This document shows positions 10,282 through 19,379 of a stretch of 64,000 nt of DNA, piece by piece; positions within the stretch are counted from its first letter, which is position 1, and each line of letters begins with the position of its first letter. Both the position numbers and the translations under genes were made by a program. Under the pieces are notes generated by a model that saw only the letters and a list, made by a program, of their open reading frames with translations, ran no database searches and had not been told where the DNA came from. Source of the stretch: Clostridiales bacterium (GTDB lineage: Bacteria > Bacillota > Clostridia > Christensenellales > UBA1242); the NCBI GenBank assembly GCA_918292005.1, contig CAKJZJ010000017.1, positions 5,051-69,050 of the forward strand. Reading direction: 5' to 3'.

Positions 10282-10737
10282 ATGAAAATAATTTTGCAGA
10301 GAGTGAATAGGGCAAATCTTACTAGTGGAGAATACAAAAGTAATATAGGTGGCGGATTACTTGCACTGATTGGTGTGGGTAAGGGGGACACCGAATATGA
10401 TGCTATGTATCTAGCACGTCGTGTGGCACAACTAAGGATATTTGAAGATGGTGATGGCAAGTCCAATTTATCCATTTTGGATATAAATGGAGAAATAATG
10501 TGTGTGAGCAATTTTACCCTACTGGCTGTGACTAAAAAGGGTACAAGACCAGATTATTTCGAAGCAGCAGGTAGAGAAGAAGCAGTGCATTTATATGAAT
10601 TATTTGTGACAGAAATAAAAAAGTATGTAAAGACCAATGTGGCTACGGGTAGTTTCGGCAATCACATGGATATTGATTGTAGTCTAAATGGACCATTTAC
10701 TATTACTCTAGAATCGGCAGGTAGAGATCATGAATGA
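10282..10737 (+). CDS. dtd: D-aminoacyl-tRNA deacylase
   Basis: MKIILQRV, LRIFED, SNFTL and the C-terminal NGPFT (Gly-Pro) motif. Confidence 0.9.
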   Translation: MKIILQRVNRANLTSGEYKSNIGGGLLALIGVGKGDTEYDAMYLARRVAQLRIFEDGDGKSNLSILDINGEIMCVSNFTLLAVTKKGTRPDYFEAAGREEAVHLYELFVTEIKKYVKTNVATGSFGNHMDIDCSLNGPFTITLESAGRDHE

Positions 10738-11086
10738 GAAATTATTGGCTTTATTCCATTATTTTGAACATCTGAAAGTGGTGGAAACAATAGTCGCAGA
10801 AATAATACAGATGGATCATTATGTGTATGATTTTGTAGAAGATGAAGCCATCGCACTTATAGACCATTACTTAACCAAATACAACAAAGAAATCAAAGAA
10901 ATTGGCCATATATATAAAAACAGAGTGGTCATAGAAGATGATCCCAATGTGTATGATACCAAAGATAGTACAGAAGTCAATTCGGACGTGGAGTATATTA
11001 GGGATTGTTTGATTATCATTGGTGCAGTCAAGTCGGGTATTAGGGAGAGTTATAAGCAAGTTATAGAAGAAATAGAGGAGTGGTAA
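10730..11086 (+). CDS. Hypothetical protein (118 aa)
   Basis: ORF overlapping dtd and abutting the MarR gene. No recognisable motif. Confidence 0.7.
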   Translation: MNEKLLALFHYFEHLKVVETIVAEIIQMDHYVYDFVEDEAIALIDHYLTKYNKEIKEIGHIYKNRVVIEDDPNVYDTKDSTEVNSDVEYIRDCLIIIGAVKSGIRESYKQVIEEIEEW

Positions 11087-11087
11087 T

Positions 11088-11513
11088 ATGGATAATTTGG
11101 ATGAATTATTAGAAGAAATGCTTTGCAAAATGTATACTCAAATAATTAATAATGAAAACCGAATTTTAAAGTCTGTTAGTTCACTTTCGCAAAAGGAATT
11201 TCAAACACTAGACATGGTGTTTAGTTGTGAGAGAAATGATTGTAATACCCTAGGTACTATTGCACAGAGACTGGGTATTACACTCAGTACATGTACTATC
11301 AATGTAGATAGATTGATAGAAAAGGGATATCTGCAAAAAGTGAAATTAAATGGAGACAAAAGAGTGTCGTATATTAGTCTTACTTCAACGGGATTAACAG
11401 CCCTAAAGAAGCGAGATATTATGCATCATAGAGTCGTTAATGGTGCCATAAAAAATCTAACATCTAGTGAGAAGGTGGCCCTGCTCAGTGCCATAAATAA
11501 AATGGATATTTAA
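11088..11513 (+). CDS. MarR family transcriptional regulator
   Basis: IAQRLGITLSTCTINVDRLIEKGYL...DKRVSYISLTSTG winged-helix signature. Confidence 0.85.
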   Translation: MDNLDELLEEMLCKMYTQIINNENRILKSVSSLSQKEFQTLDMVFSCERNDCNTLGTIAQRLGITLSTCTINVDRLIEKGYLQKVKLNGDKRVSYISLTSTGLTALKKRDIMHHRVVNGAIKNLTSSEKVALLSAINKMDI

Positions 11514-11591
11514 TTTTCTTATATGGAATTATTTGTATTAAATAAGCAAATTTGATAAAATGGATGTATATAAATTTAAGAGGTGAAAATA

Positions 11592-12131
11592 ATGGATTTC
11601 AAAGATAGTAAAACATATAAAAATCTACAAGAAGCATTCGCTGGTGAGAGCCAGGCTAGAAATAAATACACATATTATGCTTCAAAGGCAAAAAAAGAAG
11701 GATACGAGCAGATAGCTGCTATTTTCGAAGAAACTGCAAATAATGAAAAAGAACATGCGAAAATGTGGTACAAACATTTGAATGGTGGAGAGGTTTCCGA
11801 TACATATACCAATCTTTTGGCTGCTGCCGGTGGTGAGAATGAAGAGTGGACAGCAATGTACAAGAGAATGGCTAAAGAGGCTAGAGAAGAAGGTTATGAC
11901 CAAATCGCTGCTCAATTTGAGGGTGTAGCAAAGATAGAAAAATCTCATGAAGAAAGATATAGAGCATTAGCCAAAAACCTAGAAGAGAATAAGGTATTTA
12001 CAAAAAATGGCGAAAAGGTATGGATTTGCAGAAATTGTGGTCATGTACATGTAGGTAAATCTGCACCTAAGGTATGCCCTGTTTGCGCACATCCACAGAG
12101 TTATTTTGAAGTAAAAGCAGACAACTATTAA
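11592..12131 (+). CDS. rbr: Rubrerythrin
   Basis: [16 protein letters not shown], ExxH di-iron motifs and a C-terminal CRNCG...CPVC rubredoxin. The start is at ATG 11592, because GTG 11583 lies within the RBS. Confidence 0.92.
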   Translation: MDFKDSKTYKNLQEAFAGESQARNKYTYYASKAKKEGYEQIAAIFEETANNEKEHAKMWYKHLNGGEVSDTYTNLLAAAGGENEEWTAMYKRMAKEAREEGYDQIAAQFEGVAKIEKSHEERYRALAKNLEENKVFTKNGEKVWICRNCGHVHVGKSAPKVCPVCAHPQSYFEVKADNY

Positions 12132-12278
12132 AATTGATAAAAGACCTAATGATATATGTCATAAGGTCTTTTTTTTATTCATAAATTTTAGTAGTAAAAA
12201 TTTTGTGCATATAGACTTGTGAAACTACGGGTTGTGTGGTATTATTAAATAGTTATTTTTTTTGATACGGGTGTATAC

Positions 12279-12986
12279 GTGGCAGAATATATTGGTAAAA
12301 TCTTTTCAGAGATATTTGGCTCACATTCTGGGCTAGCAACATTACTAATATCCATGTTCCCCCTGATAGAACACAAAGGTGCTATTCCAATAGGCATGAG
12401 TGTGGATTTCTGGGGGAGAGATGCTTTGACTGGTGGTGAAGCATTGCTTTTTGCATTGTTGGGTAGTTGTGCTATAGTGCCAATACTAGCATGGATATTT
12501 ACACCGATTATTAGATGGCTGAAATCTACTAGAGTTTTCAGAAAACTAGGAGAATTTATTGAGAATAAAATAAAGAAAAGTTCAAAGAAAATAGATGACA
12601 AAACACAACATGAAAAAAATAAATTCCGACGCACATTCCTGAAATGTCTAGCAATATTTGGATTTGTGGCTGTGCCACTACCTATGACTGGTGTGTGGAC
12701 TGGTACATGTGTGGCAGTGATGATAGGTCTTAATTATTGGCAAACTATTCTATCTGTGGTGCTGGGCAATATTGTGGCAGGGACAATTATTATGGCAGTA
12801 TGTCTAGCGTTCCCAGAGTTTACAACCATTCTTGTTTATATATTCTTCTTAATAATATTTGCAATGATAGTATTTGCAGTTATTCGAATCATAATGAATA
12901 CTATTAGAGAAAAGAAAAAAATAGCAGAGCCAGCAGTAGATAGTGATGAAATGACTTCATCTGATGAAGAAAACAAAAATGCCTAG
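12279..12986 (+). CDS. Small multidrug export (COG2426-like) membrane protein
   Basis: SMFPLIEHKGAIP and FVAVPLPMTGVWTG motifs. Confidence 0.8.
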   Translation: MAEYIGKIFSEIFGSHSGLATLLISMFPLIEHKGAIPIGMSVDFWGRDALTGGEALLFALLGSCAIVPILAWIFTPIIRWLKSTRVFRKLGEFIENKIKKSSKKIDDKTQHEKNKFRRTFLKCLAIFGFVAVPLPMTGVWTGTCVAVMIGLNYWQTILSVVLGNIVAGTIIMAVCLAFPEFTTILVYIFFLIIFAMIVFAVIRIIMNTIREKKKIAEPAVDSDEMTSSDEENKNA

Positions 12987-13005
12987 AATAAATCTAGACA
13001 TTTTT

Positions 13006-14511
13006 TTATGTTATTTTTCTTTTTCGACTTCGGCGATCCCTGTGTTGTGTGGTGGTGTCCGTAGAATCAGTCGCCATGTTGGGTTCTTCATTATTGGTGT
13101 CAATCTGATTGGTAGAGTCGGTCTCTGGTATAGTCTCAGATGACTCTAATAATTCAGGTTTGGCACTTATATTATTATCTTTTCTTTTACGATCTTTCAG
13201 TATAATATTTGCAATGATACCGACAATTAGGGCGCAGGCAATATTAGGTATTTCTAATGCTTGGAATTTAAGGACCAGACCACCAATGCCACAGATAAAT
13301 ATAGATGATATCACAAATAGATTTTTTGAATTATTTAGATCGATATCTTTTATCATTCTTAGACCAGATACTGATATAAATCCATATAGAGCAATACATA
13401 TACCACCTATAACACAACTAGGTATGGAAGCAACGAAAAGTACTAGTGGATAAAAGAATGCGGTAATGATACATAGTATACATGCTGTGAATATTGTCCA
13501 TGTTGAACCGTTTTTAGATAAAGCTACACAGCCGATAGATTCGCCATAAGTAGTATTTGGACAGCCACCGAATAGTGCGCCTACGAATGAGCCTAGACCG
13601 TCTCCTAAAAGTGTGCGATGTAGTCCGGGAGTAACAAACAAATCACTACCTATGATAGAACTAATATTTTTGTGGTCAGCAATGTGTTCGGCGAAAGAAA
13701 CTAGCGATATAGGAACAAATAATAGGAAGATGGCTAAGATATCACCAAACGATGTGATTTGTGATGCCCCCTCGGTAAATAATCCCACAAATGTTAGATT
13801 TGGTAACCAATTATTAAAGTCTGTAATTTTGGCAAAAACACCAAAGTCAATGAGCTGTAAGTATGGTGTTTCTGACAATAAACCTATAATTGTGAAGAAG
13901 CTTGCAATAATGTAACCACCCAAAATGCCAACAATAAAAGGAAACATTTTTAGTTTCTTTTTACCTTTTACCGATACCCAAATAACTATAACGAATGTGA
14001 CTATACCTACGAAGATTGATAGTAGATTGTAATTGGCGGGGTCGGATGCTGTATTCATCAGATTATTAATTGCCGATGCAGATAGGTCAAATCCAATGAG
14101 TGCAACGGTCGGTCCAATTATTATAGGTGGCATGATTTTGTTTATCCAGTTCACGCCAACTTTTTTTGTGATTAGTGCTAGGATTATGTATACTAGGCTA
14201 GAGAATACTGCACCTAGTAATATTCCAAAATATCCAAATGATACTGCAGTAGTCAATGGTACGAGAAAGGCAAATGAACTACCTAGCATGACTGGACTTT
14301 TGAATTGTGTACATATTAGATATATTATAGTTCCAACTGCCGCTCCTATGAGTGCTGCTGACTGTGATAGGTGCGTACCACTAGGGTCAGCGAGTAAGGG
14401 GACTAGCATGGTGGCTGCTATTATTGCTAAATATTGCTGTAGAGCAAAAAGTAAATTTTTGCCGAATGGTAATTTTTCGTGTACCTGATACACCAATTGA
14501 TTATTTTGCAT
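13006..14511 (-). CDS. uraA: NCS2 family uracil/xanthine permease
   Basis: LGSSFAF, EHIADH, TLLGDG and PNTTYGESIG motifs. The start is placed just after the yjjX stop. Confidence 0.85.
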   Translation of the reverse strand: MQNNQLVYQVHEKLPFGKNLLFALQQYLAIIAATMLVPLLADPSGTHLSQSAALIGAAVGTIIYLICTQFKSPVMLGSSFAFLVPLTTAVSFGYFGILLGAVFSSLVYIILALITKKVGVNWINKIMPPIIIGPTVALIGFDLSASAINNLMNTASDPANYNLLSIFVGIVTFVIVIWVSVKGKKKLKMFPFIVGILGGYIIASFFTIIGLLSETPYLQLIDFGVFAKITDFNNWLPNLTFVGLFTEGASQITSFGDILAIFLLFVPISLVSFAEHIADHKNISSIIGSDLFVTPGLHRTLLGDGLGSFVGALFGGCPNTTYGESIGCVALSKNGSTWTIFTACILCIITAFFYPLVLFVASIPSCVIGGICIALYGFISVSGLRMIKDIDLNNSKNLFVISSIFICGIGGLVLKFQALEIPNIACALIVGIIANIILKDRKRKDNNISAKPELLESSETIPETDSTNQIDTNNEEPNMATDSTDTTTQHRDRRSRKRKIT

Positions 14512-14512
14512 T

Positions 14513-15040
14513 TTAATCTCTCCATTTTTCATCTATAAATTGTGTGAGTGACATTATAAAAGCATCTCTAGTTAAATCAATTCTGGATACTTTGTCGTGT
14601 GATATTAAACTAATACCACCACCTTTTGAGCGTATGTCAATTTTATCATATAGTTTATCCATCACATTACCTAGCGAATGGCTCATGATAGATGCTACAT
14701 ATTTTTCGGGTACAGGAAATCCTGCACTAGTACCATACGACCAATTATTTCCATCAGTTGTGGCTGCGACATTTACTATCAACCACATACCGAGACTATT
14801 AGTGATACCCGATTCTATAGCCATATAATAATCGGCTTCTATTCCATTATTTTGTGCATATTCGATAAGTGCCTTTACACGATTTTCAGCACCATGCTTT
14901 ATATCTAGATTGATAGGCTGTTCGGCCACTCCAGAGTCTACACTGATGCCAATTACTTCTACATCGTCATAGTATGTGGTTAGGGCCTGCCTAGCACCCT
15001 CAATTTTTGCTGGATTTTTTGAACCAATCAATACTTTCAT
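14513..15040 (-). CDS. yjjX: Inosine/xanthosine triphosphatase (YjjX/DUF84)
   Basis: GSKNPAKI, SGVAEQP, GAENR, AIESGI and KGGGISLISHDKVSR motifs. Confidence 0.85.
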   Translation of the reverse strand: MKVLIGSKNPAKIEGARQALTTYYDDVEVIGISVDSGVAEQPINLDIKHGAENRVKALIEYAQNNGIEADYYMAIESGITNSLGMWLIVNVAATTDGNNWSYGTSAGFPVPEKYVASIMSHSLGNVMDKLYDKIDIRSKGGGISLISHDKVSRIDLTRDAFIMSLTQFIDEKWRD

Positions 15041-15172
15041 ATTTTCTCCATTTTCATAGTTAGTTTAGCATTTTAGAGTGTACAAGTCAAATAAGCGATG
15101 TCAATATATTGGGTATTGACATCGCTAGTAAACTATTGTATAATCATTACAGAAAAAATGGGGGGGTATATT

Positions 15173-15595
15173 ATGGCTACACAAGGAACAAAAAACTTTG
15201 AATTGTTGTTACTCAGAAACAATGTATATGGGTGGAAAGATCTGTCTATGGATGACGCTCAACAGAGTTATTATGATTTGACCATGTCTATGAAACCAGA
15301 TGAGATAGAAAAACTTAGAGAGGATGAAGCTTGCAATCCTAGCATGGTGGGTGCATATATGCTAGCAATAATTGATAATCCTGAGCACTTTGAGCAAATT
15401 AGTAGAATGGTGGCTAGTTATAGGTATCAAAAGGCTTGTCAGATTTTGAAAGCTTTATCATTTAAAAAGTTTACACCAGAACAAAGAGCAAAACTTAAAA
15501 TTGATTTGGCAGCATATGTGGATGTAGTATCTGCTACGCATGTTAGAGTAGATGAAGATAAACATGTAGACGATGCAGATGTTATGTCTATGTAA
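15173..15595 (+). CDS. Hypothetical protein (140 aa)
   Basis: G-rich RBS before ATG 15173 and a terminator at 15596-15630. No family recognised. Confidence 0.7.
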   Translation: MATQGTKNFELLLLRNNVYGWKDLSMDDAQQSYYDLTMSMKPDEIEKLREDEACNPSMVGAYMLAIIDNPEHFEQISRMVASYRYQKACQILKALSFKKFTPEQRAKLKIDLAAYVDVVSATHVRVDEDKHVDDADVMSM

Positions 15596-15629
15596 AAAAG
15601 GCAACCCAAAATAAATAGGGTTGCTTTTT

Positions 15630-16844
15630 TTATGCATTGTCAGTTATTTGATATTGGAATGTTTTGGTCTTCTGTAGCATACGGTCACTTTTGGTAATGA
15701 GTAGTGTAGATACTATCTGCATACATGATGCAAAGGCTAAATATATGGATAGACTGATAATGTCATTGAGACAATTATATAGTATGAAACATACTATACA
15801 CGATAACATTAGTGATATAGCACTAAAGGTCACATATGCTACATTTTGTTCTATTTTGTATGGTTGTAATTCTGTGTGATTGACCAATACAAATAGACTG
15901 GAATTGATATCTGTATTGAGTAGTTTGGTGGTAATCGCTTGTACAAAATAGTAGATGAAGAATATTACAATCGAGCCGGACAATATCAGAGTTATTGACA
16001 CAATTATACGAGATATTGTACATATCCACATACCTATTGTCTTATGTTTGCCGAATTGGGTGTATAACATAAGTGTAATGCCTGCTATGAGTGCTGCTAG
16101 AGATGCATATATGCCGACTCTATAATTTGTACTAGTTCGCATAAATATTAGTACTGGTAGGAGTATTTCTACAGGACCATTTTTGGAGAATCTGCCTATA
16201 GCGTAACCGAAATATCCATACATGACAGGCTTGTGATGTTTGATGTAAGAAAAGTAATTTTTGATAGGAATGTGTACTATCTCATCATTAACTAGATTGG
16301 TATATAGAGATATTATGAAACATATTGCAGCAATACCAATCATTACGCCGAATAATACATAGTAAGATATAAAGTCGATTACATAACCAGAGATAAGTGG
16401 ACTCAGTACTGCGGCTACTAGTCCTAGAGCATTATTTACTCCTACAAATTTTTTCATTTGAGACTTGGTATTTTTGCTCATCACAGATATTTCGTGGGTA
16501 AAGTAATATGCTGTTTCCGATATTATATACATGGCCTGAATGATAAATATTAGATATACTCTGTCGCTATTCACTAGGAATATTAGCATTGTGGTAGGTA
16601 TGCACATAATAAAACTTAGTCGGTAAATAATATTGAGTAATTTTTTATTGATGATTTTGTATATTGCCAGATGCACGACTAGGTTTATTATTTGATTCAT
16701 AAATAAGTATGATAGAATGATGTTGAGATTTTTGGTTATTTGGTAGGCATATATATTGAAAAATATAGAAAAGAAAGAAAAATTTATTTGCATAAATAAA
16801 TTAATAATTACCAATTTTTTTTTATCTTTAGTATTAGTCTGCAT
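15630..16844 (-). CDS. MFS-type transporter
   Basis: About 12 hydrophobic segments; LSPLISGYVI motif. Confidence 0.75.
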   Translation of the reverse strand: MQTNTKDKKKLVIINLFMQINFSFFSIFFNIYAYQITKNLNIILSYLFMNQIINLVVHLAIYKIINKKLLNIIYRLSFIMCIPTTMLIFLVNSDRVYLIFIIQAMYIISETAYYFTHEISVMSKNTKSQMKKFVGVNNALGLVAAVLSPLISGYVIDFISYYVLFGVMIGIAAICFIISLYTNLVNDEIVHIPIKNYFSYIKHHKPVMYGYFGYAIGRFSKNGPVEILLPVLIFMRTSTNYRVGIYASLAALIAGITLMLYTQFGKHKTIGMWICTISRIIVSITLILSGSIVIFFIYYFVQAITTKLLNTDINSSLFVLVNHTELQPYKIEQNVAYVTFSAISLMLSCIVCFILYNCLNDIISLSIYLAFASCMQIVSTLLITKSDRMLQKTKTFQYQITDNA

Positions 16845-16994
16845 TTCTCTTTCCTTGTCACAATTAATTAATACAAAAGTATATTAGCATATTTGCGATT
16901 TATTTCATAATGAAATGCACAAAAAACAACAACCTACATAGGTTGCTTTTTAAAATTACATATAAGTCAAAAATGCTTATTGGTATTCATCGCT

Positions 16995-17675
16995 TTAAAT
17001 TTCTTTTTGATCTGTTTCAGAATTAAAAAATTGCTTATTTTGTTCGGTTTTATTATCAAGTTTGAGATATTGGCCAAATGCTCTTTCGTCGTAAGAATAT
17101 CCAATGAATATATCTTCGGGAATATCTGCATTATGATAAACCGCTAAAATCTGATTTGGTTGGATATCAAAAAACAATTCCTCTTCGATTATTGCAGATA
17201 TAGCACCGTCGATGATTACTGGTTTTTTAAAGCCTGGTAATTTGGTTCGTATAACTGCATGGCGGTCTATAATATTTTTATCTTCTGAGCGATCGTATAC
17301 AATAAAATCAAAGTCAGTTTTCTTTTCTCTTAATTGTTCTGCTACTGCTTTGCTAGCATAAAAACAAAATGATGGTTTGAAGTCTTCTTCTAGCCTGAAA
17401 TAGTCGTTTATCGAACAAAATCTACCTTTTACACCATCTATCAATTCTAGGGAATTTGGATTTCCTATTTTTAGTTTTTTGATTCGTTTATTAAATTTTA
17501 AATTTTTGTATGCGATAAGTGGAATGAATTGAGTTTTTAAATGATACATAGGGAATTTGTAATCTCTATTTAGATATGGTATTTCATATCCATTGTCATA
17601 TATTCTCTTGATATTCTTGTGCATAAATAAGTCTGCTATATCGTCATATATTGTAAAATTTTCTTTGTTTTTCAT
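16995..17675 (-). CDS. Hypothetical protein, possible transglutaminase/papain-like fold
   Basis: Cys (FCFYASKAV), His (RHAVI) and Asp (VIIDG) in catalytic-triad order. Promoter TTGACA 17710-17705, N17, TATCAT 17687-17682. Confidence 0.65.
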   Translation of the reverse strand: MKNKENFTIYDDIADLFMHKNIKRIYDNGYEIPYLNRDYKFPMYHLKTQFIPLIAYKNLKFNKRIKKLKIGNPNSLELIDGVKGRFCSINDYFRLEEDFKPSFCFYASKAVAEQLREKKTDFDFIVYDRSEDKNIIDRHAVIRTKLPGFKKPVIIDGAISAIIEEELFFDIQPNQILAVYHNADIPEDIFIGYSYDERAFGQYLKLDNKTEQNKQFFNSETDQKEI

Positions 17676-17722
17676 GCAGTTATGATAACATTTTGCATTC
17701 ATTTTGTCAATATGGGCTCTAA

Positions 17723-17864
17723 TGCGGATAACTGGATTTGTCTATATGAGTGGAACGAATATATCTCACGAGTAGGAGGGCTTGCACTCCGGTGACGAGT
17801 GAGTACGGTTCAAATGTAGATTGCTGTCGCAATCTCGTGTGTGGAACACACGCCAGTTATTGCA
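17723..17864. repeat. Branched palindromic element containing tRNA-Leu 3'-end copies
   Basis: 17723-17740 is identical to 17902-17919. Closing stem 17728-17735/17853-17860, with four internal hairpins. Confidence 0.75.
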
Positions 17865-17898
17865 CAAAAAAACAACCACAGGAGTGGTTGTCATTTTT

Positions 17899-17982
17899 TG
17901 GTGCGGATAACTGGATTTGAACCAGCACGGGTCTCCCCACAAACACCTCAAGCTTGCGCGTCTGCCGTTCCGCCATATCCGC
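17899..17982 (-). tRNA. tRNA-Leu(GAG)
   Basis: GCGGATATGGCGGAACGGCAGACGCG CAAGC TT GAG GT GTTTG...long variable arm...GGTTCAAATCC...CCGC A CCA. Terminator at 17866-17898. Confidence 0.95.
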
Positions 17983-18062
17983 ATATGATAGGCTTTTGCC
18001 TATCAATAATATACCACAATATTTGTGATTTTAAAAGACTTTGTAAACAAATTTTTGAAAAA

Positions 18063-19262
18063 CTATGATTTGATTTTATAATAAATCTTTTGTAATTCTT
18101 TTGCCGAGAATTCTTTTGGTACAGGGTACAAAGGATTGGCTTCTTTGGCAGCATGTTTAGCCATGAGTTCTATGTCTTCATCTCGGATAAAGTCAAATGT
18201 TTTTGGTATTCCAAATTCTTCATTAAGGTCGAGTATTTTATTTATAAATTTGTTGGTTGCATTTTGTTCGCTATCGTATGGTCTAGCCACATTACAATAT
18301 ACTGCCATTATTTTTAATTTTTTTATAGCAGATAGTCCATATTCGGATAATACATATGGTAATATTACAGCATTGGCTAGTCCGTGTGGGGTATTGTATC
18401 TACCACCCAGACTGTGTGCAATAGCATGTACATATCCTACATACGATTTTGTAAATGCGAGACCAGCCATGTATGATGCACGTAGCATGTTTGCTCTAGC
18501 TCTTTCATTGCTACCATCGTGATATACTTTTTCTATATTTTCTAATATTAGCCTAGCGGCTTCTAGGGCATTTTTTCTACTATCATCAGTAGTTGAATTA
18601 CCTATAAATGCTTCTATTGCATGAGTTAGTGCATCCATACCAGTCGTTGCTGTGATATTAGGGGGTAATTTGAGAGTGAGAGTGTGGTCTAATAATACCA
18701 ATTCTGGTATGAGTTTAAAGTCATTTATGGTGTACTTTCTATGTGTCTGGTCGTCGGTAATAACGGCTGTAACGGTGGTCTCACTACCAGTACCTGCAGT
18801 AGTTGGTATGGCGATGATTGTAGGTGGTGGATTTTTAATTTTCATAATTCCACGCATATTTAGGAGAGATTTTTTAGGATTTGCAACTCTAGCACCTACA
18901 GCTTTGGCAGTATCCATTACACTACCACCACCGAAAGCTATTATACATTCACACCCATTCTCTTGGTACAGGGCAACTACTTCTTCTACTAGTGAGACGG
19001 TTGGATTTGGTTTCACTTGATCGTATACGGTTAGTTTGATTTTTTCTGCCTTTAGGTCTCTCTCTAGTGGTAGAGTTAGTTTTTGTACACGAATGCCTTC
19101 GTCGGTAATGAGCATTACCTTGCTATAGCCTTTATCTAGCACAATATTTTTGATATCTTCCATTTTTTCTATACACTTTGGTTCGCGATATGGAAGCATA
19201 GGCATTATCCATTTGAAAATTGTTTGATATGTTCTGCAATACGCTTTACTAAAAAAATCCAT
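18063..19262 (-). CDS. Iron-containing alcohol dehydrogenase
   Basis: GGGSVMD, PTTAGTGSE, GMDALTHAIE, HAIAHSLG and HGLANA metal-binding motifs. Confidence 0.9.
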   Translation of the reverse strand: MDFFSKAYCRTYQTIFKWIMPMLPYREPKCIEKMEDIKNIVLDKGYSKVMLITDEGIRVQKLTLPLERDLKAEKIKLTVYDQVKPNPTVSLVEEVVALYQENGCECIIAFGGGSVMDTAKAVGARVANPKKSLLNMRGIMKIKNPPPTIIAIPTTAGTGSETTVTAVITDDQTHRKYTINDFKLIPELVLLDHTLTLKLPPNITATTGMDALTHAIEAFIGNSTTDDSRKNALEAARLILENIEKVYHDGSNERARANMLRASYMAGLAFTKSYVGYVHAIAHSLGGRYNTPHGLANAVILPYVLSEYGLSAIKKLKIMAVYCNVARPYDSEQNATNKFINKILDLNEEFGIPKTFDFIRDEDIELMAKHAAKEANPLYPVPKEFSAKELQKIYYKIKS

Positions 19263-19379
19263 TTTTTCACCTAATATATTTATATTTCATGGCTTTTAAT
19301 TCATGCTTTATTTTATATAAATGATAAGAAAAAAATCATGGATTGTCAAATTTTTTGCTAGTGATAATAAAAAAGCAGG

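Noticed and set aside
17723-17919. attL/attR pair of a prophage or genomic island at tRNA-Leu
   Set aside because: The 18-bp repeats start only 179 bp apart, with no integrase or cargo between them. Reported instead as a palindromic element.
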